Shown one piece after another: positions 48,353 to 59,027 of a stretch of DNA of 64,000 nucleotides. Made by a program: the position numbers and the translations under genes. Each line of letters begins with the position of its first letter. The first letter of the stretch is position 1. The notes under the pieces were generated by a model. The model was not told the DNA's origin. It saw only the letters and a list, made by a program, of their open reading frames with translations, and did not search any database. The stretch spans positions 544,635 through 608,634 of the forward strand of contig CAVVXT010000019.1 of assembly GCA_963752255.1 (NCBI GenBank), given 5' to 3'. Source of the DNA: Nitrososphaeria archaeon. GTDB lineage: Archaea > Thermoproteota > Nitrososphaeria > JACIWG01.

Positions 48353-51163
48353 ATGAATACAAAAGAGTCTTTCATAGATTCCGAGATTTACAGGTTTCTA
48401 AAGAACATTATAGATAAGGGGTTTGAACATAAAAACGTAATATACAAAGACGTAAAGTTTCATTTTCCTGCTGATGGTGGTGAAGCCGATATTGTTGTAT
48501 TTGGAGAAAAAGACGGCAAACCTGTAAAACTTATTATAGAGACAAAGAAGAAAGCTGTCAAATACTCTGAAAAAATAGACCCATATAGTGTTACAGTATA
48601 TGGTCAAGCTTCTGGATATGCAGCAGCTTTGGATGCTCAATTCCTTGCCACTACAAATGGAGATATTCTTGTTCTTTTTGATTCCTATAAAAAAGGAACA
48701 ATTTTGGAAAGGCAGATAGGGGATGCTTACAAGATTAAATATAGCGATGATTTTTTCAAGCAGTTTCTAAGGGGTATATCAGATTATCTGTCAGGTGATT
48801 TGAAATCCTTACCTTTAGGGGATGCATTTGTTGGAAGGCTAAAGTATTTCCATGAACTTCTAATAAGTTCGTCGGTTGATGCACTAAAGGGTAAACTTGA
48901 TAGAAATGCAAAGTTTCGTGAAGAGTATAAAAACTGGATAGAGGAACAGGGACTTAGATATAACAACAAGACACATGAAAACATATCAAAGCAATTCGCA
49001 TACCTTTTGATGAATAGGGTTTTATTTTACAAGACCTTAGAAGTAAGGAGAAAAGACCTAAAGTTAACACCAATTAAATATGAAGAAGATTTTAATCCAG
49101 AAAGCTTTATTAGGTCACTAAGGAGATGCTTTGAAGAAATTGTTACAAACGTTGATTATGAGGCTGTTTTCAAGTATGCAGTGATATTGGATGACATTCC
49201 AATTCTACCAGCTCTATCGGAATATTTAAATGATTTCGTTAAAGATATAGAACAGTATAATCTATCAGGAATAAAGAGAGATGTTATAGGTCATGTATAC
49301 GAGAAGTTGATTCCACCAGACGAAAGAAAGAAACTTGGTCAGTTTTATACTCCTCCGATAATATGTGACCTTATAGCCAAATTCTGCATAGATTCTCCTG
49401 ATGCAAAGGTTTTAGATCCTTCTTGTGGTTCAGGCGGCTTCTTATTGAGTGCATATTCAAGGTTGCTTGACTTGATGAATAAAGAGGAATCAGACGATAA
49501 GATACATAATAAAATATTAGGCAATATTTATGGCGTAGACATAAATCAATTTGCCGCTCACCTATCTGTCATAAACTTATCAATAAAGAATCTGGATGCT
49601 CATACCGATTTAGTAAATGTTATAGCAAGCGACTTCTTTAAAGTACCAGCAAGACAGGCTACACTCACACCGCATAAGAGGCTCTCTATAAGAGGTTCAG
49701 AAGGAGTTTACATAGCTTTACCAAGTTTTGATTCTATAATTGCGAATCCTCCTTATACAAGGCAAGACGACATAGGAAACAAGAAATACATAGACTTTAT
49801 ACAGGGCGTTTCGCTTACTTTCAATGGCAAAAAATTAGACTTTAGTACAGAAGCAGGAATATACTCTTACTTTTTTACACATTCAACTCATTTCCTTAAG
49901 GAAAATGGAATGATGGGCTTTATTGTTTCTAACTCATGGATGGATGTTAACTTTGGTAAAGATTTGCAAAGGTTTTTCTTAGAAAATTTTAAAATCAAAT
50001 GCATAATAGACTTTGATAAGAGGTCATTTGCCGAAGCAGCAGTTAATACAGTAATTATAATTCTACAAAAAATAACAGGAAAGGAGAACAAAAAAGAAAG
50101 AGACGAAAATAAAGTTAAGTTTGTAAGAGTTAAGAAACGTCTAGCTATAGATAAAATAATAGATATTATTAATATCACAAAGGAATCTTATGAAGATGAA
50201 ATAGCAAGATTTGTTCTAATTGACCAAAGAAGTCTTTATGAAAATAATAAATGGGGAGTTTATCTAAAAGCTCCTGAACTATACTTCAAGATTATTAAAA
50301 ATAAAAAAATTACAAAGTTAAAGGAAATCGCTAAGGTTGGTGTTGGCATTGTAACTTTAGCAAACGATTTTTTCATTATACCAAAAGATAAAGCTAAACA
50401 GTTGGGAATAGAAGCAAAATTTCTTAGACCATCTATAGAACCTAGAGGAATAAAATTCTTGGATATTCAAAAAACTGACACAACTAATTATATGTTATTG
50501 GTGAATGAAAAGAAAAATGAACTTGAAGGAACAAACGTATTAAAATATATAAATTACGGCGAACTCAAAGACATAGAAATTACTAGAGGTTCAACTAAAG
50601 GTAAGGTTGTGAAAGGATACCAGAACCTTCCCGCTCTAAGCACAAGAAAGATATGGTACGCTCTTGGCGAGTTAAAACCGGGAGAAATAATTTTACCTAG
50701 AATAATATGGCAGAGATGGTATGCTGCTTGGAATAAAGATTCAGTATATTCGCCACATACTTTATACTGGTGTTATCCAAACAACAAAGAAGACACGCTG
50801 TCATTGTTAGGTATTTTAAACTCTAGCCTAATTGCATTATTTATAGAAATTACAGGGCAGACAATGTTAGGTGAAGGCGCTTTAGGATTAATGAAGCATG
50901 ACTTTGATGAAGTGCCTATTCTAAATCCTGACATGCTTTCTAAAGCAGAAAAAGAAAAAATAGAAAACTTGTTTTTAGAAATATGCAAAGCTAAAAGGAA
51001 TAATGATGAAAAATCTGAAGAAAGAATAAGATATGAACTTGATGATTATATATTTAACATATTGAAGTTGTTAGATAAAGAGAAAAAGCAGGTCCTATAT
51101 AGTCTTAATGAACTAAGAGAATTGAGAAAGAGTAAAAAAGAAACAAAGGTCTTAATTGACTAA
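48353..51163 (+). CDS. Fused restriction endonuclease / N6-adenine methyltransferase (Type IIG-like)
   Basis: N-terminal EADIVVF...IIETK nuclease and ATTNG; LGQFYTP, LDPSCGSGGF, NPPY; C-terminal target-recognition-like region (LGILNS). Confidence 0.9.
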   Translation: MNTKESFIDSEIYRFLKNIIDKGFEHKNVIYKDVKFHFPADGGEADIVVFGEKDGKPVKLIIETKKKAVKYSEKIDPYSVTVYGQASGYAAALDAQFLATTNGDILVLFDSYKKGTILERQIGDAYKIKYSDDFFKQFLRGISDYLSGDLKSLPLGDAFVGRLKYFHELLISSSVDALKGKLDRNAKFREEYKNWIEEQGLRYNNKTHENISKQFAYLLMNRVLFYKTLEVRRKDLKLTPIKYEEDFNPESFIRSLRRCFEEIVTNVDYEAVFKYAVILDDIPILPALSEYLNDFVKDIEQYNLSGIKRDVIGHVYEKLIPPDERKKLGQFYTPPIICDLIAKFCIDSPDAKVLDPSCGSGGFLLSAYSRLLDLMNKEESDDKIHNKILGNIYGVDINQFAAHLSVINLSIKNLDAHTDLVNVIASDFFKVPARQATLTPHKRLSIRGSEGVYIALPSFDSIIANPPYTRQDDIGNKKYIDFIQGVSLTFNGKKLDFSTEAGIYSYFFTHSTHFLKENGMMGFIVSNSWMDVNFGKDLQRFFLENFKIKCIIDFDKRSFAEAAVNTVIIILQKITGKENKKERDENKVKFVRVKKRLAIDKIIDIINITKESYEDEIARFVLIDQRSLYENNKWGVYLKAPELYFKIIKNKKITKLKEIAKVGVGIVTLANDFFIIPKDKAKQLGIEAKFLRPSIEPRGIKFLDIQKTDTTNYMLLVNEKKNELEGTNVLKYINYGELKDIEITRGSTKGKVVKGYQNLPALSTRKIWYALGELKPGEIILPRIIWQRWYAAWNKDSVYSPHTLYWCYPNNKEDTLSLLGILNSSLIALFIEITGQTMLGEGALGLMKHDFDEVPILNPDMLSKAEKEKIENLFLEICKAKRNNDEKSEERIRYELDDYIFNILKLLDKEKKQVLYSLNELRELRKSKKETKVLID

Positions 51164-51461
51164 GGTAAATAGTATGACAGATATAATAGTTGAAGAATGC
51201 CCATATTGTAAACAAAAAACAATAAATGTTATGCATAAAGAAGGCAGTTTTAGTGCCGAAAGAACAAGATGTAGAGCTGGTAGAAGTACGAAATATGTTA
51301 AGCATCCTGATAAATTTAAAATTCTAATAGAAAAATGTCCTAACTGTGGCAAATCCAAGAAAGAGATAGAGCAAGCAATGAAACATGGTAAAGAGCTTTC
51401 TAATGATGAGGTTCTTACTAGACTTAGAGAAGCTGGTTTAGATCCAGCAAAGTTAAAATGA
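51156..51461 (+). CDS. Small zinc-ribbon protein
   Basis: CPYC...CPNCG; overlaps the R-M gene stop. Confidence 0.7.
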   Translation: MTKVNSMTDIIVEECPYCKQKTINVMHKEGSFSAERTRCRAGRSTKYVKHPDKFKILIEKCPNCGKSKKEIEQAMKHGKELSNDEVLTRLREAGLDPAKLK

Positions 51462-51576
51462 TTACCCTTAAAACCTCGAATTTCTGCATAGTTTAGATTA
51501 TCGGCAGAACATGATTTCTCATCCGTAATCAAGATAGTCCGTCCTTGCACTATCATTTATTACGTTTAGTGATTGA

Positions 51577-51741
51577 ATGGAGTTCAGATTCATTTCCGCT
51601 GACTGTGGTCATGCAATTACCATGCAGAACCTAGGTGGAAAATGTTCAAGGTGCAACAGACTGTGTTGCAGAGACTGTTTGACGCTGCTCAATGATCAGA
51701 TGCTTTGTCCGACCTGTTTTATTCAAAAATTGAAGGAGTAA
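51577..51741 (+). CDS. Small Cys-rich zinc-finger protein (54 aa, not in ORF track)
   Basis: MEFRFISADCGHAITMQNLGGKCSRCNRLCCRDCLTLLNDQMLCPTCFIQKLKE*. Confidence 0.65.
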   Translation: MEFRFISADCGHAITMQNLGGKCSRCNRLCCRDCLTLLNDQMLCPTCFIQKLKE

Positions 51742-51742
51742 T

Positions 51743-51955
51743 TTGATGGATCTGCTGTGCGAGTCGTGTGGGTCAATTGTTAGAAGGGAGGAGATTAGAG
51801 GAAATTGCAGAGTGTGCGGAAAGAAGACGTGTGTTGTTTGCATGAGGATATGTGATCAATGTCTTGGAACCGTCTGCCAGAACTGCATTTCAACCAGAGA
51901 GGTTTGGAGGAACAGTTATCATTATTTTAGAAAGGTTTGTCGGGGCTGTAGGTGA
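51743..51955 (+). CDS. Small Cys-rich zinc-finger protein
   Basis: Six CxxC pairs in 70 aa. Confidence 0.65.
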   Translation: MMDLLCESCGSIVRREEIRGNCRVCGKKTCVVCMRICDQCLGTVCQNCISTREVWRNSYHYFRKVCRGCR

Positions 51956-53281
51956 TTTTATCCGATATGTTGCTTGCTTTAACTGCGGAAGAATCTCACC
52001 GGAAAGGGAATTTTGTATCTTCTGTCATATGCCTCTGATGATACAGTCACCGGAAACGCCTGAAGGAGTTCACCTTGGCTGCATGGAAGATGGGAAAGCT
52101 TTCCGGCTGCCATTAGAATGTTTTGGCTTTCATTTTGCGTTTTACGGTGTTACCGGAACGGGAAAAACTAGAGCTGCAATGAATCTTGCGATAAAGGCAG
52201 AGAACGAGGGCCTGCATCTGAGGGTGATTGATGTTGAGGGAGAATGGAGGAACATCATCCCACAACTGAAAAAAGAGACTGTCTGCTATGATGTTGAAAA
52301 GAACTTTAGAATAAATCCTTTCGACCTCGAAGACATAGGTTTGATAAAACTTATTCTCAGAGAGACTATCTTCAAGGGAATAGAACAAGAATATCGAGAC
52401 CTAAGTCCTCAGATGGATTTTCTGCTTGACAAGTGCATTCTGATCAGCAAAAGTATTCCACAGCTCATAGAGAATATTATCTTACATAAACCTGAAACAC
52501 ATTTCCCTCTCAGGAATATTGATCTGACAAGAACAGCACTTCTTACAAGACTGAATCCATACAAAGACAATCCAATCCTTCGAACGATATTCTACGTGGA
52601 AAAATCGAGCATAGCTATGAAATCCATCAAGAACAAGAATCTCATCATAGACCTTCACAGCTTGGACATGAAAGTTGCTTACAAAAAAGAGCTGAGACTA
52701 ATCTACAACACTCTAACAACAGCATACCTGAGAGAGGCACTGAACAACGGGGAGATAAATTCGGGAAGAATCTTTTCATAGCCGACGAAGCACAGCTACT
52801 TGTTCAGAAAATCCTGCACAAGGCAGTTTCAACCGACACCTGGGCGACAACCGATTTTGCCACAAGACTGAGAAAAAGAGGTGAATCTTTGGTCATCATA
52901 TCACAGAGCCCAGCGAACATCGAGGATGATATCCGCAAGAATTCCCTGAACCTTTTCGTTTTCAGGTTACAGGATCCTTGGGACATAAAAGTCATAGCAG
53001 GGATGTTTGGTTACGTCCATGTTGATGAAGTCAATTACCTCTCCAGCCTTCTATCTTCGTTGGACGAGAGAAATGCCATTGTGAAAACTCCCTTGATGCC
53101 GTCACCCTTTCTGATAAGGACACTTGACTTGAATTTTGAAAGTATTTCCCAAGAAGAAATGTCAAGATACTATCCAGCAGCAGAGGAACCGACTCAGCAT
53201 GATTTCAGCGAGGACGAAAGTGAATTTCTGAAAAGGAAAAGCCAAAGCTTTAATCTTTTTTTGCCAAGGATGTGGCTTTAA
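51852..53281 (+). CDS. HerA/VirB4-like ATPase (DUF87), frameshifted near 52765; possibly truncated
   Basis: HFAFYGVTGTGKT, IDVEGEW, INPF; shifted frame continues LFIADEAQ...LRKRG...ISQSP. Confidence 0.8.
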
Positions 53282-53400
53282 GAATTTCCTTGCTTGATAT
53301 ACGTGCATGTTTTTTTATATATTGATAAAATAACTGATATACTTGGTCATTTGAAAAACAATAAAAACTTACTAAGAGGTTTTATTTTACTTAGTTAGAA

Positions 53401-53460
53401 TTTAACTTTTACTTGTAGTGTAATAATTAATTAGTCTTTTACCTGTACGGTAATAATTAA
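53401..53460 (+). repeat. Two imperfect 30-bp tandem repeats
   Basis: cttttacttgtagtgtaataattaa / cttttacctgtacggtaataattaa. Confidence 0.7.
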
Positions 53461-53993
53461 GTTCAAATGTTCAAACGTCTGTTCACCAAACAGCAAAAAA
53501 GTTTTTTGCTATATATAGAGGAACCTGCCTGTTTTCCTAAGGAATACTGGGGTTTATTGGGGGATCCGCTATAATAGGGACGGACGTTTTTCCTGTTTGG
53601 AGATCGGACTAAGGATTCTAAACAGGCTCAGATAATTAATTTATACGCTGAATGTAAAAGTTTTTAGAAAGAAGATCACAAAGAACTCTAAGTTAGCGAA
53701 TCCCTTTACAATCAAGGTTAGAGACGACAAGACAGCGGAGGAATACACGATCGAGACATAGATAGGTGGCTCAACCGCATATAGGGCGAAATTTTACTAA
53801 ACCTATTTAGCATAAATTGGAGCCTCCTTCAGTTAATATCATCATCAGTGATGTGCCAACATAAAGATTTGGTAAAGGTTATGCTTCAAATGGAAAGGAA
53901 GAACGCTTAAAATTCGAGCAGATTTGGGATTTTGGGCACAAGTTAACATCAAGTTTTTGGGGGTTTGTGCTCATGCCCAGAAACCGCTCAAAA

Positions 53994-56420
53994 CTATAGG
54001 TTAACTTGTCTGAGCTCTTCGATTATCTTTTTCACGCCTTTGTTTTTTGCCGCGGCTTCCTTTAACCGTTTCTCGTTTAGATCTTCCTTTTCTTTAACAT
54101 CAACGAATGATTTCATAGTTTCCTGTTCTGCGATAATCTTCTCTCTTTCACCTGCCTGCGCCACTTCAACCTTTTCCTCGATCAGAGAGAAGACGCTTTC
54201 CATTTCATCAGGTAGCACAACGGTAGGGACTTCAACTGCGCGGTTATAATTCTTCACAGGAAACAGACTATTAAGTTCGTTCAACAAGTACTCAGCGAGC
54301 TTCTTAGCGCCCCCTTTCATTCGCAGCAGGCTATCTATTTCGACACGCTTCTCCGCTAAGTATTCGAGACTAATTCCGTGTGCTGAGAAATAGACCTCCC
54401 ATTCATTGTTCATTCGATTAGTTATGCTTTTTATGGTTCTACCGACATCCGCCCGCGTTTTTTGTGAAAGTGCCTCTTCAACATCGCTAAGATTGAAGCC
54501 AAACTTCTCCACCATCTTTGGGTCAACTCCAATCCGCTGGACAGCTTGTGTAACCTCCTTAGCCTTCATCGAAATCAGGATACCCGGCGCATCGTAATCG
54601 GTCAGTATGGCGATACCTGCACCGCTTTCTGAAGCCCCCGAAGCCACACTGTTGGAGTACTCCTGCAGGAATCCCCTTGAATTGATGATGCCGATGCCGT
54701 ATATTTCCAAAAAGGGTGAGATAGCCTCGGCTACTCCTTCCTTTTCAATGATCAGGATGATCACACCCTTCTTGATCAGGCTATCGATCTGCTTGAAGGA
54801 GATGGGGTAGTGGACCCCAAGAAAGAAGAACTGTGACCTTTCAGAGGCGATGATTCCGAGCTCATCGCGCGAAACATCCAACTTTAAACATTCGTCAGAT
54901 ATCATACTTGTTATGTACTTTCTATCCGCTTCAACGCCGTTCTCCCGGAATACGGGCTGAAGATCGTACCAGACTGAACTCTGCGTTTTGCGATCAGTCT
55001 CCAGAAGTGTAGGATCCCTTTCGACCGCCTGCTCTCTTTCATACAAGTAGTTTCGCAGGATGCCGATTTGCGAAACAGATGAGTTCGTCCCCTTAAGGCG
55101 CGCTATCTTGCCCTTAAACCCCTTGAAATACTTCACCATGAAAACTTCCAAAGCGCCAACATACTTCTGGGCATCAAACTTGTTCTTACCCACCCCCTGC
55201 CAAGCGGGTAGAGGTGTTATCACATGAACCACCAGCACACCTTGTTCAACATGGTATTCGTCGAGAGGGCCGTAAATTCCATGCCAATCAACGCCATCTT
55301 TGTTGGGGTGTACATGTCTAAAAGTGCATTCCGCAAATGGGTTATCGAGTGTAGGGGTACCGTTTACTCCAGTTATTATTTCCGTGTCCCCGTTTCGCTT
55401 AATGCCGAAAGCGAATTCCAACACATTGGGGATTATCCTCCCTTCGGTTGATATGGAATACGTCCCAATCGCGTATCTGAATGTATTCGGGTAAATGTCG
55501 AAAAGGTCTATCAACCCAATTTTTAATGCCTTCTTTCCAATCGCCCCAAGTGAGGACGGCGTAGTCGGTGGGCTTACAGAACGAAAAAATTTAAAGATTT
55601 CTTTGATCTTGTTCTCATCGTTGACAGTAAGTTGGCCATCTAGCGGCAGTCCGAACAGCTCTCCAAACTTCTCGAAGGACATCCCCTCGCCTGCGGCAGT
55701 GACCTCTAAATCTCGGAAGGCATTATAATCGTACCAAGACGCGTTTGTAGGACCACTGTACAACCGGGTGCAACCCCCCCTTGGCGCAATTACTTCCTTC
55801 CCATTGAACCAGAATTCCACGTTTGGATTAAAAAGGGCGATTTTTCTAACCATTTTCAGAAGCTTGTCTTTTTCCTCCTCCGAAAGTAGAGGCAAGTTGG
55901 AAGTAACCGTCGTGCGGCGCTTAACGCCCTCCCCAACCTTTACAACCTCCGGCGTGATCGAATTTTGTGAAACGCCTCTCCAGTAGATTTCAAACTTGCC
56001 CTTTCCGGTTTCAATTGTAAGAGACTTAAAATCCGTTGGCTCCAACTTCTCGAATGCCAAAGCGTAAGGGATACCTACGACGTACTTCAGCCCACCGCCA
56101 AGTGCGCCTCGTTTCGGCAAAAACACCCACTTATTTGTGCTTGATATTAGCTCTGGGTTTATGGCACGCTTTATTTCTTCAATATTGAACCTGTGGCTAT
56201 GAGGCGATGTGGGGTTAGAGACGGAAATGAATGTGCGCCCGCCTTCAACCTTAATTTCAATCAAAACTTTTCCCTTTGCTTCGTCGAGAGCATTGTCCAG
56301 AAGCTCCTTCGCTACAATCGCTGGCAGGTCATCATGGGTTACACTTAGATGGTTAAGAATCGAATTCAGCCTTGCAAACTCAATGGTACGCGGCACCGAA
56401 AACATCGGGCTACTCATCAC
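53994..56420 (-). CDS. Type IIB topoisomerase with fused B and A modules (topoisomerase VIII-like)
   Basis: GHKL motifs KELLDNALD, RGALGGGLK, ALFNP; candidate catalytic Tyr in SSVWY; TOPRIM IEKEG and TDYDAPG; KRVEID. Confidence 0.8.
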   Translation of the reverse strand: MMSSPMFSVPRTIEFARLNSILNHLSVTHDDLPAIVAKELLDNALDEAKGKVLIEIKVEGGRTFISVSNPTSPHSHRFNIEEIKRAINPELISSTNKWVFLPKRGALGGGLKYVVGIPYALAFEKLEPTDFKSLTIETGKGKFEIYWRGVSQNSITPEVVKVGEGVKRRTTVTSNLPLLSEEEKDKLLKMVRKIALFNPNVEFWFNGKEVIAPRGGCTRLYSGPTNASWYDYNAFRDLEVTAAGEGMSFEKFGELFGLPLDGQLTVNDENKIKEIFKFFRSVSPPTTPSSLGAIGKKALKIGLIDLFDIYPNTFRYAIGTYSISTEGRIIPNVLEFAFGIKRNGDTEIITGVNGTPTLDNPFAECTFRHVHPNKDGVDWHGIYGPLDEYHVEQGVLVVHVITPLPAWQGVGKNKFDAQKYVGALEVFMVKYFKGFKGKIARLKGTNSSVSQIGILRNYLYEREQAVERDPTLLETDRKTQSSVWYDLQPVFRENGVEADRKYITSMISDECLKLDVSRDELGIIASERSQFFFLGVHYPISFKQIDSLIKKGVIILIIEKEGVAEAISPFLEIYGIGIINSRGFLQEYSNSVASGASESGAGIAILTDYDAPGILISMKAKEVTQAVQRIGVDPKMVEKFGFNLSDVEEALSQKTRADVGRTIKSITNRMNNEWEVYFSAHGISLEYLAEKRVEIDSLLRMKGGAKKLAEYLLNELNSLFPVKNYNRAVEVPTVVLPDEMESVFSLIEEKVEVAQAGEREKIIAEQETMKSFVDVKEKEDLNEKRLKEAAAKNKGVKKIIEELRQVNL

Positions 56421-56584
56421 TTATCCCTTCCTTCTCAATTCTGAGCTTGTTTGCATCTTCTTCTAGAAGGACGATTACTATTAGTTCACAACCTAATAGT
56501 TGGCTGTCAATATATGGTGTCATCGTGCGTCACTAGGAATATTTCAGTTTTCCACTTTTCAACCTTTGTCATCGTTTATTTCAT

Positions 56585-57697
56585 TTGGGCTATGTAGACT
56601 TATATTACAGAAATCTTTCCATTTCCTTGAGCGTATTGGAAAAAAATCGTCAGTATGAAAGTGGAGGGGGAGCACAAACACCAGAAAAAATTTACAAATA
56701 TGAAAGTGCCGAGAGAAAACGCGAAAAGGTTATTCTAGATATTCTAAGAAAAGAAGGGCCTAAGTCAGTAGGAGACCTTGCAAGTAATGAATTAATAAAA
56801 GGGCAAGCAAGTCAGCGAGCAAAGGAAGTACCGGATACTTGGAGGAAGGATATTTATAATTCTCTCAGGTATCTAGAATTTCTAGGGGTCGTGGATGAGA
56901 AGGGTGGATTATGGTGGTATATTGAGTATGAGGCTGCCTACAGGAGAAAAGATTATGTCCCGCTTATGAAGCATGCTTCAATTATTCTGCCCGGTCTTAT
57001 TGAGATATCGAACCAATACGGGGGATCACTGCACTCAGAGAAGGTCTTAATAGCTGAGATCCCTTTAGGCTATAAAAAAGGAGGAAATCATGACTTAAGG
57101 TCTCATTTTGACAAAGAATTCGCTATCAAGTATGCCAAACAACACCTTAAGACTGGCCACCATAAAATAGTGTACGTTGATGCTGCTTTAAACGTGAAAG
57201 AAGCTTTAGGAAAACTGGAAAAAAATATCGAAGAAGAATTAAAGAATGAGTTTAGAAAGGCAGAGATCCTTGTGTCCGATACCATAATAAGACATATGAC
57301 AGAACTTGTGATCCACGATTTAACTCATAGAGAAAAGAAGTTGAGACAAGACTTCGAATACGTCGGTAAAGGAGTTATTTGGGCAGGGTTTTTTATCGCA
57401 GAAAAAAGGGAAGGAAAAGAAGAGGGAAAAGAAAAGGAGATTAGAAACATTACACTGACAATTTTTAAGAAATATGAAAGTGGAGGAGATTACAACGGAA
57501 TCAAAAACATGCTTGAGAACACTGAAACTGGGACCACCTCATCGACTGTTCCAATTAATGAGCATGAATTCGAAGATTTGTTCAATAAAATTCGGCAAGA
57601 AGCAGATAGAGAACTCTTCCCAATAATATTCACCATATTAGGTGGGAGTCCCTTCCAAGGTAAGTGTGACCGCTGTCCAAGAATTTATTGGCGTTAG
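56585..57697 (+). CDS. Hypothetical protein with N-terminal winged-HTH-like region and C-terminal CxxC
   Basis: ILDILRKEGPKSVGDL...LRYLEFLGVV; GKCDRCP. Confidence 0.6.
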   Translation: MGYVDLYYRNLSISLSVLEKNRQYESGGGAQTPEKIYKYESAERKREKVILDILRKEGPKSVGDLASNELIKGQASQRAKEVPDTWRKDIYNSLRYLEFLGVVDEKGGLWWYIEYEAAYRRKDYVPLMKHASIILPGLIEISNQYGGSLHSEKVLIAEIPLGYKKGGNHDLRSHFDKEFAIKYAKQHLKTGHHKIVYVDAALNVKEALGKLEKNIEEELKNEFRKAEILVSDTIIRHMTELVIHDLTHREKKLRQDFEYVGKGVIWAGFFIAEKREGKEEGKEKEIRNITLTIFKKYESGGDYNGIKNMLENTETGTTSSTVPINEHEFEDLFNKIRQEADRELFPIIFTILGGSPFQGKCDRCPRIYWR

Positions 57698-58126
57698 CAT
57701 TGAAATGTAATTTTTAAAGACAGCAGGCAACTTACGCGCGGTGATTAATTCAAACAAGTAATTATTTATTAATCTTTTCAACAATTCTATATTTAATCAT
57801 CGATGTAATTCCTTCGTAAAATAAAGGGGAGATGCATTTGGAGGAGAACACAAGTTAAACGAACCCCTGAGACACATCCACCCATAATTAATAGGATATC
57901 TTAAATTTGATAAATGGTTTAAGGTTAATGGGAATTTGTGTCCTATTCATCATTCGAAGTTGGACCTGATTGAAAAATGGTTCGATAGCCCTCCTCCTCA
58001 CGCCATTTATTTGCCGGTGTAGTCCCTTGAAATCTTAATATTTTAAATCAAGACATGGAGGGATATCAAGTCTATGCCTCCTTAACACATTAATAGTACT
58101 TCGACAAATCAACTGCAGGCACTGAA

Positions 58127-58618
58127 ATGAACAAGCTTGCAATGGTCGATTTTGTTTTAGGCTTGGTATTTTTGATATTTGGAGCCCTCGGATTCCTGTT
58201 TCGCGTGAGCGGATTCACGCCAACCGGAATAGTTTTTGTTGCTTTGGGTCTAGTACTCATACTTATAGTTGTGATTAGTAGGAGACAAGGATATCTTGGG
58301 CTGTCCCGAACTACCTTGTTTGCTGCGGCGGAGATCGGGCAAGAAGAGAAACATCTGCTAGAAGTCGCTGTTAGAATCGGCTACAACTTCAGTGACCTAG
58401 TTAGTATCCTTGTGGATGGTAAGGAAGTGCTTTCCTCAGGTTGGGCTCTTGGTCGGAGAAGGGAGTATGACCTATTGGTTGGAGAGAAAGAGAAGCATCA
58501 ACTGAAGGTGAAACTAATTAGGGGTCGGGCGGGGCCGAAGTACGAGTTTTCTGTTGATGGTACCGTTTTAGGAGAAGGTAAACTGCGGTCTGAGCGCCAA
58601 GGGATGCCTACTGCCTGA
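58127..58618 (+). CDS. Hypothetical membrane protein
   Basis: Two N-terminal TM helices plus a beta-rich domain. Confidence 0.65.
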   Translation: MNKLAMVDFVLGLVFLIFGALGFLFRVSGFTPTGIVFVALGLVLILIVVISRRQGYLGLSRTTLFAAAEIGQEEKHLLEVAVRIGYNFSDLVSILVDGKEVLSSGWALGRRREYDLLVGEKEKHQLKVKLIRGRAGPKYEFSVDGTVLGEGKLRSERQGMPTA

Positions 58619-59027
58619 TTCTCTGCCCGATCTCATCCCTACGACTGCCAGTTGCCAGTGAGATACCCCAGCACAGTAAGACCAATTGTAACCTTAAGTA
58701 AAATCTCAACCAGTGGAAGCAGTGCCAATACTAAAACCATCAGCAACATGCGTGACACGCTTAACTCACGGCCTGATCCTCTTGGCACTTTTACTTGAAA
58801 TTATTCTGGTTTAGGTTTGTAAGGTTGCAAAGAAGCCTTTCCAACAGACGTAGATTATGAAACGATGTTTGATGTGACAAAGTAAGCTGCACAACATATA
58901 GATCTTTAGACGGTATTGCAGTGGCTGAGACTTCGATTTCTACCTTGGATTTAATCTAAAAGGCCTGACGGTGGTTCTGATAAAGTTTTGATAACGGTTT
59001 TTATCAAGAAAGTTCAAATTTGTTCAA

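Larger units (their letters stand above)
46232..57700. mobile_element. Genomic island / decayed integrated element downstream of tRNA-Val; right boundary uncertain
   Basis: Abrupt end of housekeeping genes, gene fragments, R-M fusion, HerA-like ATPase, topo VIII-like gene, patchy GC; no integrase seen. Confidence 0.6.

Noticed and set aside
52755-52790. Break in the HerA-like ATPase as an intron
   Set aside because: One-base shift just before Walker B, no extra sequence or BHB fold
57975-58006. GGTTCGATAGCCCTCCTCCTCACGCCA as the right att site of the tRNA-Val island
   Set aside because: Does not match the tRNA-Val 3' end and the spacing is wrong for a T arm
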